This document shows, one piece after another, positions 63,415 through 64,000 of a stretch of 64,000 nt of DNA. The stretch is from contig JBCDIK010000001.1 of NCBI GenBank assembly GCA_038749065.1, forward strand, positions 9,506 to 73,505, written 5' to 3'. The position numbers and the translations under genes were made by a program. Numbering within the stretch: position 1 is the first letter of the stretch; each line of letters starts with the position of its first letter. The notes under the pieces are model-generated. The model ran no database searches and was not told the DNA's origin. It saw nothing but the letters and a program-made list of their open reading frames with translations. This DNA is from Pseudomonadota bacterium (lineage in GTDB: Bacteria; Pseudomonadota; Gammaproteobacteria; Pseudomonadales; Azotimanducaceae).

Positions 63415-63545
63415 GCTTGAGCGAACGAAAGTCCGAGCCGCGGGCCGAAGCCCACCAACCCACGAGCGCAAGCTCGCACCGGCACCCGAGCGAACGCAAG
63501 TTCGCGCCGCGAGCGAAAGCTCGCGCGCTCGCGCGTTAGCTCGCT
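63415..63545. repeat. array of short GC-rich stem-loops capped by GNRA-type tetraloops (REP-like / terminator cluster) between rpmE and the M48 gene
   Basis: GGGC-CGAA-GCCC (63442-63453), CGAGC-GCAA-GCTCG (63463-63476), GCGAAC-GCAA-GTTCGC (63490-63505) and GCGAGC-GAAA-GCTCGC (63509-63524), plus further GCGAGC-type half sites to 63544. The units GAGCGAACG(A/C)AAG recur at about 63418 and 63488. Confidence 0.55.
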
Positions 63546-63763
63546 TCAGCCGCTTTCACGCCCCGATTACCGAAGCGCTTGCGGAACCGCTCGACCCGGC
63601 CTCCGGAATCGAGGATCTTCTGCTTGCCCGTGTAGAACGGGTGGCAGGCGGAGCACACGTCCAGCTGGAAATCTTCGCCCAGGGTAGAGCGGGTTTCGAT
63701 CACGTTGCCACAGCTGCAGGACGCTTTGACAAGGCTGTAGAGCGGGTGAATATCAGCTTTCAT
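63536..63763 (-). CDS. rpmE: 50S ribosomal protein L31 (zinc-binding type)
   Basis: MKADIHP.Y......CSCGN...T.ST......[31 protein letters not shown] lies upstream of the ATG. Confidence 0.93.
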   Translation of the reverse strand: MKADIHPLYSLVKASCSCGNVIETRSTLGEDFQLDVCSACHPFYTGKQKILDSGGRVERFRKRFGNRGVKAAEAS

Positions 63764-63912
63764 GGTGAGCTCCTGGCACCGAGCGGCTCAAGGCGTCCGT
63801 CGGCAGGATGAATTTAGGGCGGCGGAGTCTATCAGAGTCGGTAAAGTGCGCAACCAACCCGATACACCGCCCCGCGACGGGGTTGACTGACCGCAATTGA
63901 TCCGGATCTGCA

Positions 63913-64000
63913 GTGTCTTCCATCCCTGATGCCGCGCCACCGCCCCCAAGTGCAACGCCTTACCCGGCGGTGCGCCTGGCGTTGCCGTTGCCCCTGCATC
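63913..64000 (+). CDS. priA: possible 5' end of primosomal protein N' gene (runs off window)
   Basis: The frame from GTG 63913 reads ...PYPAVRLALPLPLH, resembling the conserved PriA N-terminus (V.VALP.PL). rpmE-priA divergence is a common arrangement. Only 29 codons are visible. Confidence 0.3.
   Translation, partial: MSSIPDAAPPPPSATPYPAVRLALPLPLH

Overview
High-G+C bacterial chromosomal window. The gene order looks gammaproteobacterial (inferred from synteny only, no search run): pilMNOPQ-aroK-aroB-SPOR/AAA gene on the minus strand, divergent mrcA, and rpmE next to a probable priA start. Most of the window is housekeeping: citrate synthase fragment, transsulfuration enzyme, mtnA, greB, syd, aroA, ogt/alkA, mdh, gltBD, aroKB, the type IV pilus assembly genes, PBP1A and L31. 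Between these sit accessory modules. (1) The top candidate for an undescribed system is a minus-strand TolC/HlyD/ABC tripartite exporter operon at 30.5-35.4 kb. Every ATPase motif in its ABC component is degenerate, and no cargo gene is visible. (2) A five-gene, translationally coupled EF-hand / ECF sigma / putative anti-sigma / CnrX-like LTXXQ sensor / Syd module lies at 19.2-22.0 kb. (3) A TetR gene has two perfect tandem palindromic operators facing a di-haem cytochrome c peroxidase. The N-terminus of that peroxidase is encoded by tandem hairpin-forming units. (4) A 1100-aa secreted S8 protease carries three copies of an unassigned Cys-framed domain of about 130 aa. (5) A class II aldolase-like protein with substituted metal ligands is coupled to mtnA. 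(6) A RES/Xre toxin-antitoxin pair is present. gltB is split by a single-base frameshift inside a C5 run. Many long ORFs in the track are antisense or out-of-frame artefacts of the high G+C content and were discarded. All calls rest on reading motifs in the supplied translations and DNA. No database search was possible.
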